64,000 bases of DNA from Raillietiella orientalis (taxonomy: Eukaryota): assembly GCA_036172245.1 (NCBI GenBank), contig JAYWIR010000101.1, positions 62,001-126,000 on the forward strand, in the 5' to 3' direction. Made by a program: the position numbers and the translations under genes. The number at the start of each line of letters is the position of its first letter. Within the stretch, counting starts at the first letter, position 1. Below the pieces are notes generated by a model, which worked only from the letters and a program-made list of their open reading frames with translations, ran no database searches and was not told the origin of the DNA. This document shows positions 1 through 10,149 of this stretch, in pieces.

Positions 1-73
1 GTACTTTCACACCGGTCAAAGAGACCACAGCAGAAAAAGCCGCTGCGCTTCCGAAGAGGTCGGGTCCGCAAAG

Positions 74-1521
74 TTTGTTACCCGGTCACGGCGGGACGTT
101 TCTTGTTATAAACTAGCTGCAAACAGTTGTTTCCAACCAACGACTACAAAAACCAACAAGGGAGATCCCCCACTGGCACGCAGACCAGGAAAACGGAAGG
201 GACTAGGAAAGAACATAGAAGAAAAACAAAAAAAACAAATAGGAGGAATGGGCCAAGGAACTTTGGTAATGCTCCGTATTCACCGGAAAAAATAAAAAGT
301 AAAAGCATCAAAGGCACTAAGGAGAAAATGGGAAGTGGGGAGCCAGAACAAAAATAAAGTGAACAGGGGAATGCAGGAAGATGACCGGGTTCGTCGTTCC
401 AAACCGTGTATCATACGGCGATAAATGCCAGTAAGCTCCTCCGTTGCATTTTCGTCCAGGTGTCGCCACCCAGCTGCTGCTCTGACGAAGTCGGCTGCCT
501 TCCTGGCGACACAGCATCGCTCAACAGTATTGTCCAGCACGTCTCGGACCGTGACGATGACGCGGATGCAACCAACTGTAGAAATCATTGGAGCCGTCGA
601 AAGTCCGTGGGCTTGGAAGAAACTTCGCACCACTTCTCGGGCGGTGACCCTCGGTAGCAGGAGTGCTGCTTCCAACTTCCGCCAGGGTTCCTGGAGGGCA
701 CTACAGTCCAAAACAAGGTGCACAAAAGACTCCGTCGCACCGCACCGGCCACAGAAGGGTGAAGCCACCCCACCGAATACTCGGTGGCGCCGCTTGTTGT
801 AGCGCAAGCCCCAGTGCAACAAGAGAAAGACGCCTTGCTTCCATGCAAGGGGAAACTTCGAGCCGTCGAAACAGCAGGAAGGGATTAGAAGTTCCTCCGG
901 GGAAACACCAAAAGTTCTTCCCACCAAAGTAACCCATTTGGTGTAGCACGAGGAGTGGCGGCATCCGCAAGCTCGCTCGTGGCCCATTGGCCAAGTGGTT
1001 TCGTTATTCCTGCAATGGTGCAGGGGAACTCCCACCTTGACGGAAAGCTACTGTCTTCTCGAAACTCGAGGGAACACAATGCTCCGGCAAGGACGTATCG
1101 GCCAGGGAGGAAAACTTCACATCGTCATGCATCACATCTTGAAGTGACCAAGGTTGAAAGTGACGCAGGGAGGGAAGATTTTCTAGGCTCATTCCTAAGG
1201 ATGCAGCCAAGCAATCAATGGATTATTGCCGCCAAGCATTGTAGTTCATTGGGCGGCAGGAAATCCATGTATTTGCTTCCAACATGGTGGTGAGCTCCCT
1301 CAAAGGATACCCAAATCCCTGTCTCCTGTGAAGCATGTCTGTCACCAGGGAAAGAAGTCCTTCGCTGCCGGCACACCTCCGTAGCAGGATGCGCGCGGGC
1401 GCACACAGGAGGGAAGTCTATAGCTCGGCACACAGTGCCAGGATCCGAAACTGCACTTGCAGTCCGATCCGCTTTATCGTCAGGATGCCAAGACCGACAT
1501 CGCGGCATGCGATGACGTCAC
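74..1521 (-). mobile_element. 3' part of an L1/Tx1-like non-LTR retrotransposon (copy D): degenerate ORF2 C-terminus plus 3' UTR
   Basis: Minus-strand translations match ORF2 of the 3808-9724 copy (GLGILTIKRIGLQVQF; ELADAATPR; zinc finger CGRCGATESFVHLVLDC) across frameshifts. T-rich 3' UTR ends in the family terminal stem-loop at about 74-104. Confidence 0.85.
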
Positions 1522-1522
1522 C

Positions 1523-3814
1523 GCAGTGAGTGGACGTGTTTTTGTGGAGCTCCCGAAAACCGTTTTTTTCGCGGGTGTTTGTGGTGTTTTTTGAGCGGTT
1601 GTTCCTGGGCAGAAATGCCCGAGGACGACGCCAACACGGCCTAGGGGAGCGAACGAGCGTCGTCCCCCCAACCCATGGATGTGGGCGCCATCTTCCCCAC
1701 AGATTCGTCCCCCGCCCTGGCGAGGGCTTGGAGCGCGGTGGTGGCGGCGCCTGCGCCACCCCCCGCAGAGGAACAGCGGGCCTATGAGTCCCACGGATAC
1801 AACCCAGCCCTACTGTATAAGGTAAGTGGGCTTTATTCTCTTGCGATGTTGAGAACGTTTGCCGCGGAATTTGAAAAACTGAAAGTGCCGGAAGAAGAAG
1901 TTCTCGGCCTTTCCGTTCGCAGTGGCGGTCAGCTAGTGGAGCTGAACTGCAAAACTGCAGGAATGACTCAGCAGTTGCTGAGATGCCCGGTGACCGTGAA
2001 CGGGAGAAGGATCTTCCCGTTTACTGCCGACAAATCAATCGTCATCCACCTGACCGGGTTGACGATGCGAATGGCGAAAAATGCCGTTAGGCAGGAACTG
2101 GAAAAGTACGGGACCGTCCACGCTCTGTGGGCTAAGCCGAACACCCTGGGCTATACTAGGGCGTTCAGTGGCTATGCCGCCGCGCGTGTGACAGTCCGCG
2201 AGGATAGTGGTTTACCCCACCGACTTCAGGTCGATGAAGAATACATTGATCTGTGGTACATAGGGAAACCCAAATTCTGCGGAAACTGCGAGACTACAGG
2301 GCACCTTAAACGGAGGTGCCCCAACATCGTGTGTCTACGCTGCGGTAACAAGGGCCACGTAAGAAAGGTGTGCCCTCTTCGTTTTGCTTCCACTCCTGTT
2401 GGCAACAAGAGAACAGAGTCGCCACAGGAACCGGACAAACAGGATCCCCAATCGAGTGAAACCTCCCAGACAGGCGAGATATCGACGCCAGTGGAACAAA
2501 AACCGGAGGAAGGCGAAACTGTCGCCGAAAACAGTTGGCAGTTGGTGAAAAAGAAGGAGAGCAAAGGGAAAGGTAAGGCCCCCAAGAAAACGGTGAAAAT
2601 GGTGGAAAAAACCGTCCGCCGTTCCACCGTGCACATCGATCGCGTTCCCGCGAAGGCTTCCACCAGCAAGCCATCGATCGATACCGCACCCGCGGCGTCG
2701 ATCGATAAAGCGGTTCCGGCTTCGTGCGGCGAAATCGCTACGGTCGCGATCGATAGCGCGGCACACGTTGCCGCGATCGAATCTATTGTTCCAGTCCAGT
2801 CCACTGGAAGCGTTGTAGTGGCGAGCGAAAGCTCAGCCGCTGCGGTTCCGAACGATAGCGCGCCAGTTGCCGCTATCGAATCGGTTGTTACGTCACCCGA
2901 CTCGCCAACAGGCGGCGAAATCCGTGATGACGTGGAACGCATCTCTGATGCAAACTTCGCGCAAGCCGCGGAAGAGTTGGCTGCCTTCCTGAGGCAGCCC
3001 GTCAAGGCCGAGAAGAAGGCCGTTCGACGTCCGGCTACGGCAAAAGACCCGGAAACCTCCGAGTCTGACGCCGAAAGCGGGAACTCGCCCTCCGTTGGCT
3101 TGCCGAAAAGAAAACATAAAAATGCAACAGGTGCTCAGGAAGAGGTTGAAATGGCATCTGACAGCGAGGAAGAGTCCATGTGCGTTGCACAATGCGACTC
3201 CGTGCCTGAGAGCATCCTTTACCAACTGTTAACACAGTCCACGGCCGACGGAGTGAGCGATGCTCCTGAACACTCCAACGACATGGACCCGGACCACCCG
3301 TCTTCTGAACAGGAGGCGGTTTCTTCCACCCCACCATAACAACACCATTGCGTGGACTCGCCTCCTCTAGCCGCTTGCGAATAACCTGTTGGAACTTCAA
3401 CGGGTTGAGCAGCGACGGGAAGAGGCGAGACGTAGCCGCCATTCTGCGAAACTTCGACCTGGCCCTACTGCAAGAGACTCACGTGCTCACAACAGAAGCA
3501 GGCCAGGATTTCGAAAGAATCACAGGAGGGCGGCTACTGTGGAGGAACGGAACAGACTACTCCTGCGGAATGGCCTTTCTGCTGAAGCCGGCAGTCGAAA
3601 ACTCTCTGCGTAGCGTTCGCTTCGACGGGGACGGTCGAGTTGGACAGCTTGTTCTCAAGTGGTCCGAATCGATCGCCCTCGTTGTGACGAACAGATACGC
3701 GCCAGTGAGCAACCACGGGGCCGAGGAACGCACTGCGTTTTTCGAATCCCTGCGGTGAAACTGGCTGGATGAAGCAGGCGTACGGAGCGCGCCCCTCATC
3801 GCGGGAGATTTCAA
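1523..3814 (+). mobile_element. 5' part of an L1/Tx1-like element (copy A): 5' UTR, ORF1 and start of ORF2, cut off by copy B
   Basis: 5' motif GGACGTGTTTTT at 1532-1543 is shared with copy C. A gag-like ORF1 is followed by an AP-endonuclease start ending at AGDFN. Confidence 0.88.
1675..3339 (+). CDS. LINE ORF1 (gag-like nucleic-acid-binding protein, two CCHC zinc knuckles)
   Basis: 554 aa open frame with CGNCETTGHLKRRC and CLRCGNKGHVRKVC (CX2CX4HX4C) and a low-complexity C-terminus. N-terminus is homologous to ORF1 of copy B (GYNPALLYKVSG vs GYRPALRYKVSG). An in-frame upstream ATG at 1615 is blocked by TAG at 1642. Confidence 0.85.
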   Translation: MDVGAIFPTDSSPALARAWSAVVAAPAPPPAEEQRAYESHGYNPALLYKVSGLYSLAMLRTFAAEFEKLKVPEEEVLGLSVRSGGQLVELNCKTAGMTQQLLRCPVTVNGRRIFPFTADKSIVIHLTGLTMRMAKNAVRQELEKYGTVHALWAKPNTLGYTRAFSGYAAARVTVREDSGLPHRLQVDEEYIDLWYIGKPKFCGNCETTGHLKRRCPNIVCLRCGNKGHVRKVCPLRFASTPVGNKRTESPQEPDKQDPQSSETSQTGEISTPVEQKPEEGETVAENSWQLVKKKESKGKGKAPKKTVKMVEKTVRRSTVHIDRVPAKASTSKPSIDTAPAASIDKAVPASCGEIATVAIDSAAHVAAIESIVPVQSTGSVVVASESSAAAVPNDSAPVAAIESVVTSPDSPTGGEIRDDVERISDANFAQAAEELAAFLRQPVKAEKKAVRRPATAKDPETSESDAESGNSPSVGLPKRKHKNATGAQEEVEMASDSEEESMCVAQCDSVPESILYQLLTQSTADGVSDAPEHSNDMDPDHPSSEQEAVSSTPP

Positions 3815-3816
3815 TC
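3348..3816 (+). pseudogene. Truncated ORF2 AP-endonuclease domain of copy A
   Basis: TCWNFNG, LQETH, NRYAP and AGDFN motifs; in-frame TGA at 3756-3758; truncated at the copy B junction. Confidence 0.85.
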
Positions 3817-3894
3817 GAGTGCATACGTGTTTCTCTTCGCTCTCGTCTCCGTGCTTTCATCCGCTTCATCTTGGCGTCGTACATTTTGACGACG

Positions 3895-5817
3895 ATGTCG
3901 ACCCAACCCGAAGCTACTGAAGTTGGAGGAACAGCATCCGGATCTGCAATCGCGGAACCGACGGACGCCTCCACTTCGTCTTTTTAACCAATGGAGAGGA
4001 GTTTTGCTGACGTTGCTGCCACAGCAGCCGTCAATGGGAAACCACTCGACGAGTCGGAGTTGCGGGCATACGTAGCCCAAGGCTATAGACCTGCTCTCCG
4101 ATATAAGGTGAGTGGCTTTCTTTCTGCGCGCGACGGGAATCAGTTCAACGATGAACTGACCCGTGTTCGCGTGCGGGAGGAGGATCTTCTCGCCATTATG
4201 CCCGTAAAAGACATGGGCTATTTCAAGGTGCGTTGCAAAGACGCTGCACTTGTGCAACGCTTGCTGCGCACCCCGTTGTCGATCCGTGGCCAGAAGGTCT
4301 TCCCGGCCGCCATGGACGACTCATTTGTGGTGGAGATTTTCGACATCGAGTCGGAAATCTCCGATATTGATATTCGGAACGCGTTGGCGAAATTCGCCAC
4401 GGTCCATGCGCTGTGGAGGGTGCGTAGCAACCTCAAGGACTTCCCGTCCATACACAGCGGAGTCGCTGGAGTCCGGCTTACAATGCCGGACCGCCGTCTG
4501 CTGCCCACCAAACTGCAGGTGAAAGACACGGTCGTTCACCTGTGGTTCGTGGGCAAAGTAAAAACGTGCGAGCAATGCGGGAAGGAGGGGCATTGTTTGG
4601 ATAAATGACCCTCTGGAAAATGCCGTTATTGCAAACTATCCGGGCACCAATTGAAAAATTGCCCGGATCTTTGGCGAAAAAAGGCAGCCGCGGAGCTCCA
4701 TCTTAGAAAACAAAGCGCGGATAAAAAGAAAAAATCTGCGAAAAACCTGGAGACCCCACGGCAGAAATTCGGTAAAAACGCAAGGTGGAATGTCGCCCCA
4801 AAGCAGCAGGAAACCTCGCACGCGAAGCCCTGCGCACCCCCTCTCGCGGCAGGGGAGCCGCAAAAGAAAGGGTGCGGGGAATCCGGGGCAATGGTAAGTC
4901 CCCCTAGGCGCAATAGCTGTCCTTCCCAAGCACGCCCGGCTCTCTCGGAGTTCGCTCAACCGGCGGGGACGTCAATGGACAACGGCGGTAAGGACACTTC
5001 CAGTACCGTCAGATCCATTCCTTCACCTCCTGCAGTGGCTGAGAGGCCCAAATCGGGTAAGAAGGGTTGTGCCGTGTCGACTTCGAAAGTCGGCAAAAAA
5101 AAATCCGCGTCGCGATCCAACACCGCGAAAGCGGAGAAAAATCTCACGCCGTCGCAGTCGGAGAGCAAGCTCTCGACTGGCGCGGATGCCATGCCAACGA
5201 AGAAATCAAAAGCCCTTCCGAAGGCAGCGTCCATGACGAGCGTGTCGGAGCCATCCAAAGTGCTCCCGGCCAAAGACGCGGATGGCTTCAAAGATGGCAA
5301 TGGAGCACAATCTCCATTTACGGCGCCACGCGAAGTGAGGAACCGTAATGAAGTAAAGAAGACTTCAGAAAAAGTCCCTCGTGCAACTGCGCGTGAGCAC
5401 GCTGAAAACGCGCGCGCCGGGAAAGCAGCCGTCACCAAAAGCGATGCTCTGGTGACGGAAAACGAAAACAGAACAGCTGTCAATCCAGCAGAACCTGTCA
5501 CTACTTCGCGGAAGGCCGAAACCCGATCGAACAAGCGCCGGTCGGACTCCGAAATGGATGCCGTTCCGATCACCGAGACGAGGACAACTCGTTCGAAAGC
5601 GTGTGCGCGCCGATCAAAAGTAGGCAGCCAGGCAACGCTCGCCGCGAAGCAACGCGAAGTCTCCACGAAACCCGACGGGGTCCAGCCTGGCGTGGAGGCA
5701 TTACATGCATGCAGCACGACAGAGGACGGTGGCGACCGTCCCCTCAGGCCAGTCGTGCTGCTCGCCGTCTGCTCGCCGGATAAAGCGAGCAAAAAGCTGC
5801 CACCTTCCCAGCAGTAA
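3895..5817 (+). pseudogene. LINE ORF1 of copy B (two CCHC knuckles), interrupted by two in-frame stops
   Basis: Single frame from ATG 3895. TAA at 3985-3987 (TCG in copy C). TGA at 4606-4608 replaces the last Cys of CEQCGKEGHCLDKC. Second knuckle CRYCKLSGHQLKNC. Basic/Ser-rich tail. Confidence 0.85.
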
Positions 5818-8800
5818 TGCGGGGAATCGCGTCTTCTCGTCGTCTGTCCGTAACGTGTTGGAACGTGAACGGACTGCAGAACGACGAGAAGAGGCGATTA
5901 GTAGACAACGCCCTGCGCCCCTTCGACCTCGCGCTCCTGCAGGAGATTCACGTAATCTCCGACGAGCAGGCAGCCGAAATCGAGGAGCGCGCAGGCGGAA
6001 CGCTACATTGGCGGTGCGGCGGCGCACCCACGTGCGGCGTCGCGTTCCTCGTAAGAGGAAAAATGGCGGAAGCGGTGCGTAGTGTTCGTTTCGATGACGA
6101 CGGACGGATAGGCCAGCTTGTCATCAAGTGGTCCGAGTCCATCGATCTCGTCGTTACGAACGTCTACGCGCCGAGTGGCTCTCGCTACCTCGGAGAAAGA
6201 GTAGCTTTCTTTGGTGAGGTGCAGAGCCAGTGGCTCAACAACTCCGGCTTCCAAGTGGCGCACCTCGTCGCTGGGGACTTCAACGTCCGCCTGCTCTTGG
6301 ACGATTGGAGCCGCCCGAGGGAGCGCGCGCTGCCCATCGAGATGTGCGCGTCCGTGCACGCCGCCAACTTGATGGTTAGCGAACCTGGAATGGAAAGATC
6401 GCTCGATCACGTTTTCCTCGATGAAAACCTGCATTCGCGTGTGGGTAGGAGAGGAAGATTGTTGACTGAGCTTTCTGACCACCACAGGTTGGAGTTTGAG
6501 ATCCTTCCGCCAGGCAGGGGGCCTCCGTTGCAAAGCTGGAGGATGCAGGCGGATTGGCTTAGCCAACCGGAGGCTGCGGAGCATCTACGTGGATACCTCC
6601 GAGGCTTTGCCATTCAAGAACTTGCGGACTGGGACGATCTCAAAAGATCTGTCCGCGAGTTCTGTTGCCAATTCCCCTTGCACCGGCTTCCACGCGGTTT
6701 CGGAGAGGGCGTGGCCAACAGTAGAGACTTTCTGCAGGCCCGCACGTTTTCGACACGCGCGAATGTCGGGCGTCTCGCAGAGTACAAGGCGAGGGCCGAG
6801 CGCCAGGTCTGGCAGTCCGGAGCAGCATTCCTGTTGGACGACAAGGGCCAGGAATGTTCGGCACCAGCCGAAGTACGCCGCATTGTGAGGCGCTACTACT
6901 CCTCGCTCTACGCGGAATCCCCGACGGAGGATATTCTTTCTGAGATACTCCTGTCTCAGGATGCTCGTGTTGTCGGCGAGGAGGAACGCGAACGTCTCGA
7001 CGAGCCCTTCACGGCGGATGAATTTTCGTCCGCAATCGCTGGGCTGAAGAGACGAAAGGCGCCAGGCGAGGATGGGCTCCCTGCAGAGTTTTATCAGTGC
7101 TTTGCAGTGGAGCTCATTCCCTTGATGCTGAAACTCGCGACGCTGATGAGTGAATCCAGGAATGTCCCTGATTCCTTCCGCTCAGCGAAGGTGCGTCTCC
7201 TTCCGAAAGGCGGAGACTTGCGTCAACTTAACAGCTGGCGTCCGATCACCTTGTTGAACTCGGACGTCAAGTTGTTTTCCAAGCTGTGGGTCGCGCGGTT
7301 AGGAAGAATCGCGGAATCTGTGGTGAGCCCGGAACAAACCTACGCGGTTCCGGGACGATCCATGGAGGCGAACATCCTTTTCGCGCGTAGATGGATGCAG
7401 CTGCAGGAAGTTGTGGCGCAGCAAAGCCAGGCTGCTGCGAAAGTCACTGCCGCAGGCAAAAAGAACAGGCGCCGACGGCAGGAGGGAACGCCAGGTGCCT
7501 TGGCGGTCGCGGTCGATCTCCACAAGGCGTTCGACTGCGTCAACCAGAAGCTGCTTTTGGAGCTTATGGAACGCCTTGGGTTCCCGGCGCAACTCCTGCT
7601 GTATTTGCGCGCGTGCTGGCGCCACGCGCTAACCTGCATCACTTTTAGCGGCTGCCGCGTGTATGGTATTTCCGTTCGTAGGGGCATGCGACAGGGCGAC
7701 AGCTTAAGCCCGTTGCTCTTCAGCATCTTCTTTGAGTTGGTGCTAAGAGCATACAGGCTGACGCTGTCTCACTTGCCAAGCTCCTGCCCGGGAACGTCTG
7801 CCGTCGCCGCCTATGCTGATGACTTGCTTCTTCTGCTCCCCATGTCCACCCCGGCGTCCAGTGTCGAGGATTTCTTCGACCTGATTCGTCGGGGAGCGGG
7901 CGTGAGCGTGAACAGAGAGAAGAGCGTGGTCGTTCCTGTGGGTACGTCGTGGGAGGGGCAGTCCAACTGGATCCGCCTGGGGATGCCCATGGGCGGGTAC
8001 TTTAAGTACCTTGGCGTTCCGTTGGGCGCTTTCGGCGCAGCCGAAGCGTGGGCGGACTGTCTTCAGAAAGCAGAGTTGGCCATCAGCCCGTTCTTTAACG
8101 GCAAGTTTACCTTGCAGGAACGGGCGACTATTTGGAACACCTTTGTGGCCCCCCTCCTACGTCCCCTGTTTTTTGTTTTGGACCCCCTCCTATGCGGCAA
8201 AACAGCGATCTAAACGCCTGCTCAGGAACGCTCTCTGGGGTCCGGCGAGATCCAGAATCCGCCTCAAAGATTTGTTAGCTCCGCGTCGGGATGCTGGTTT
8301 AGGTATCTTGACAATGGAGCGAATCGGACTGCAGGTGCAGTTCCGACTGCTGGCACTGTGTACCCAGCTATGGACATCCCCCCTGTGTGTGCCAGCCCGC
8401 ATTCTCCTGCGGAGATGCGCCGGCAGCGGAGGATTTCTCTCGCTTTTGCCGGGCACTCAATACAGGAAGCGGGGTTTCGGGTTTCCATTGCGGCAGTTGA
8501 CCGCAGTTCTGGAAGCTCACTCGTGGATCTCCTGCCGCCCAATGAACTTTGAAGCTTGGCGGCAGGAGTCTGTTGAATCCTGGACGGCGTTCCAAGGAAT
8601 ACGCCCTGAAGATCTTCGCTCCCTGCGCCAATTTTTTCCACGATCCTTGGAAGAAGTGCTGCAGGACGAGGTGAAGTTTTCTACCCTGGCTGCCACGCCT
8701 CTTGCCGCAGCGCTGTCTGCCCTCATGGCAAGAAACGACAGTTACCCATTGGCGAGGTGGGAGGTTTCCTGCACGATAACGGGAAAAACCAAAATCCTTG

Positions 8801-9411
8801 GCGCCTGGAAGACGAGTGAGTTGGCGGACGCCGCCACTCCTCGTGTTACTGCAAAGGGACTCCTCCGGTAGGCAGAAGAACTTGCTGTCACCCCCGAAGA
8901 ACTTGTAATCCCTGCACAGTGTATTGACAGTTCGCTGCTCCTTCTTGCTTGGAAACAAGCCGTGCTGCTTTTCGTTCACTGGGGTTTTCAGTGCAACGAG
9001 CGTTGGCATCGTGACTCCGGGGGACTTGCGTCTGCGAACTGCGTTCGGTGCGGATCGACGGAGTCGATTCCGCACCTACTTCTGGACTGCGGTGTCCTAC
9101 AAGGACTGTGGCGTAGGCTGGCAACAGCACTGATGCATCCCGTGGACACCGCAAGAGACTTGCTGCGACGATTCTTTACGCCGAGCGGGCTGTCACTAAG
9201 CGCAAGGATTGCAACCATCGGTTGCATACGCGCGACAGTTTCCGTCCGCCAGGCGTTGGTAATCAACGGACAGCACCAGGAGGTAATCAGCAAAGCATCC
9301 TTCTACATGGGAGCATCCGCTAGATGGCCTCATTTGACAGAGGAGACAAAGAGGAATCTCGCCGCAATACACCGCCGGTTTACACACCCTCAGCAGCGGC
9401 CAACCCGGTGA
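5817..9411 (+). pseudogene. LINE ORF2 of copy B: AP endonuclease, reverse transcriptase, C-terminal zinc finger
   Basis: EN motifs WNVNG, LQEIH, NVYAP, GDFN, LDHVF, SDH. RT motifs APGEDG, WRPITLLN, DLHKAFD, GMRQGDSLSP, AYADD, KYLG. Zinc finger CVRCGSTESIPHLLLDC. One frameshift near 8185 and one TAG at 8869-8871. Confidence 0.93.
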
Positions 9412-9724
9412 TCGTTGCCCTACCCTCCATAAACTAGTTTTGTATTTTCTTTTTACACCCGCGTCCCCATAGGCTCCAGAACATTTTAGGTGCTCATCGT
9501 TTGAATCCCCGTGAGTACGGAGCCTAACCAAAAAGCCTTTTCCCTTCCCTCCAGTTTTTGATTTTTGTTTGTTTCCCCTCATTCCCCCCACGCTGCGAGC
9601 GGTTTGTTTACCAGGCCTGCGTGCCGGTAATTTTTCTATGTTCTCTGTCGTTCTGTTGGTTGGGCACATTGTCCCTGACCAGTTTATTATTATTAATAAA
9701 CGCCCCGGCGTGACCGGGTGATAA

Positions 9725-10149
9725 ATTTCAATCGAGTGCGGACGTGTTTTTCTTCGCTCTCGTCTCCGTGCTTTCATCCGCTTCATCTTCGCGTCGTACA
9801 TTTTGACGACGATGTCGACCCAACCCGAAGCTACTGAAGCTGGAGGAACAGCATCCGGATCTGCAATCGCGGAACCGACGGCCGCCTCCACTTCGTCTTT
9901 CTCGCCAATGGAGAGGAGTTTTGCTGACGTTGCTGCCACAGCAGCCGTCAAAGGGAAACCACTCGACGAGTCGGAGTTGCGGGCATACGTAGCCCAAGGC
10001 TATAGACCTGCTCTCCGATATAAGTTGAGTGGTTTTCTTTCTGCGCCCGACGGGAATCTGCTCAAGGATGAACTGACCCGTGTTGGCGTGCGAAAGGAGG
10101 ACCTTCTCGCCATTATGCCCGTAAAAGACATGGGCTATTTCAAGGTGCG
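9725..10149 (+). mobile_element. Head-to-tail 5' fragment of the same LINE (copy C)
   Basis: Ungapped direct repeat of 3808-4232 (offset 5917) with about 20 substitutions counted by eye; ORF1 start ATG at 9812. Confidence 0.92.

Larger units (their letters stand above)
3808..9724 (+). mobile_element. Near full-length L1/Tx1-clade non-LTR retrotransposon (copy B, 5917 bp unit)
   Basis: 87-nt 5' UTR, ORF1, ORF2 (EN-RT-zf), pyrimidine-rich 3' UTR, AATAAA at 9695-9700 and terminal hairpin. The 5' boundary is defined by the repeat of the same 5' end at 9725. Confidence 0.93.

Noticed and set aside
4606..4608. TGA at a zinc-knuckle Cys as selenocysteine or a recoded stop
   Set aside because: The same element has other stops at non-Cys positions and host genes end in TGA; a single transversion explains it.
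2226..5792. Long antisense ORFs (2226-3005, 4956-5792)
   Set aside because: Shadows of GC-rich, low-complexity ORF1 tails; no motifs.
3808..10149. LTR retrotransposon
   Set aside because: The direct repeat includes ORF1 coding sequence and lacks TG..CA ends, PBS and PPT. The pol is APE-RT, without integrase or protease.
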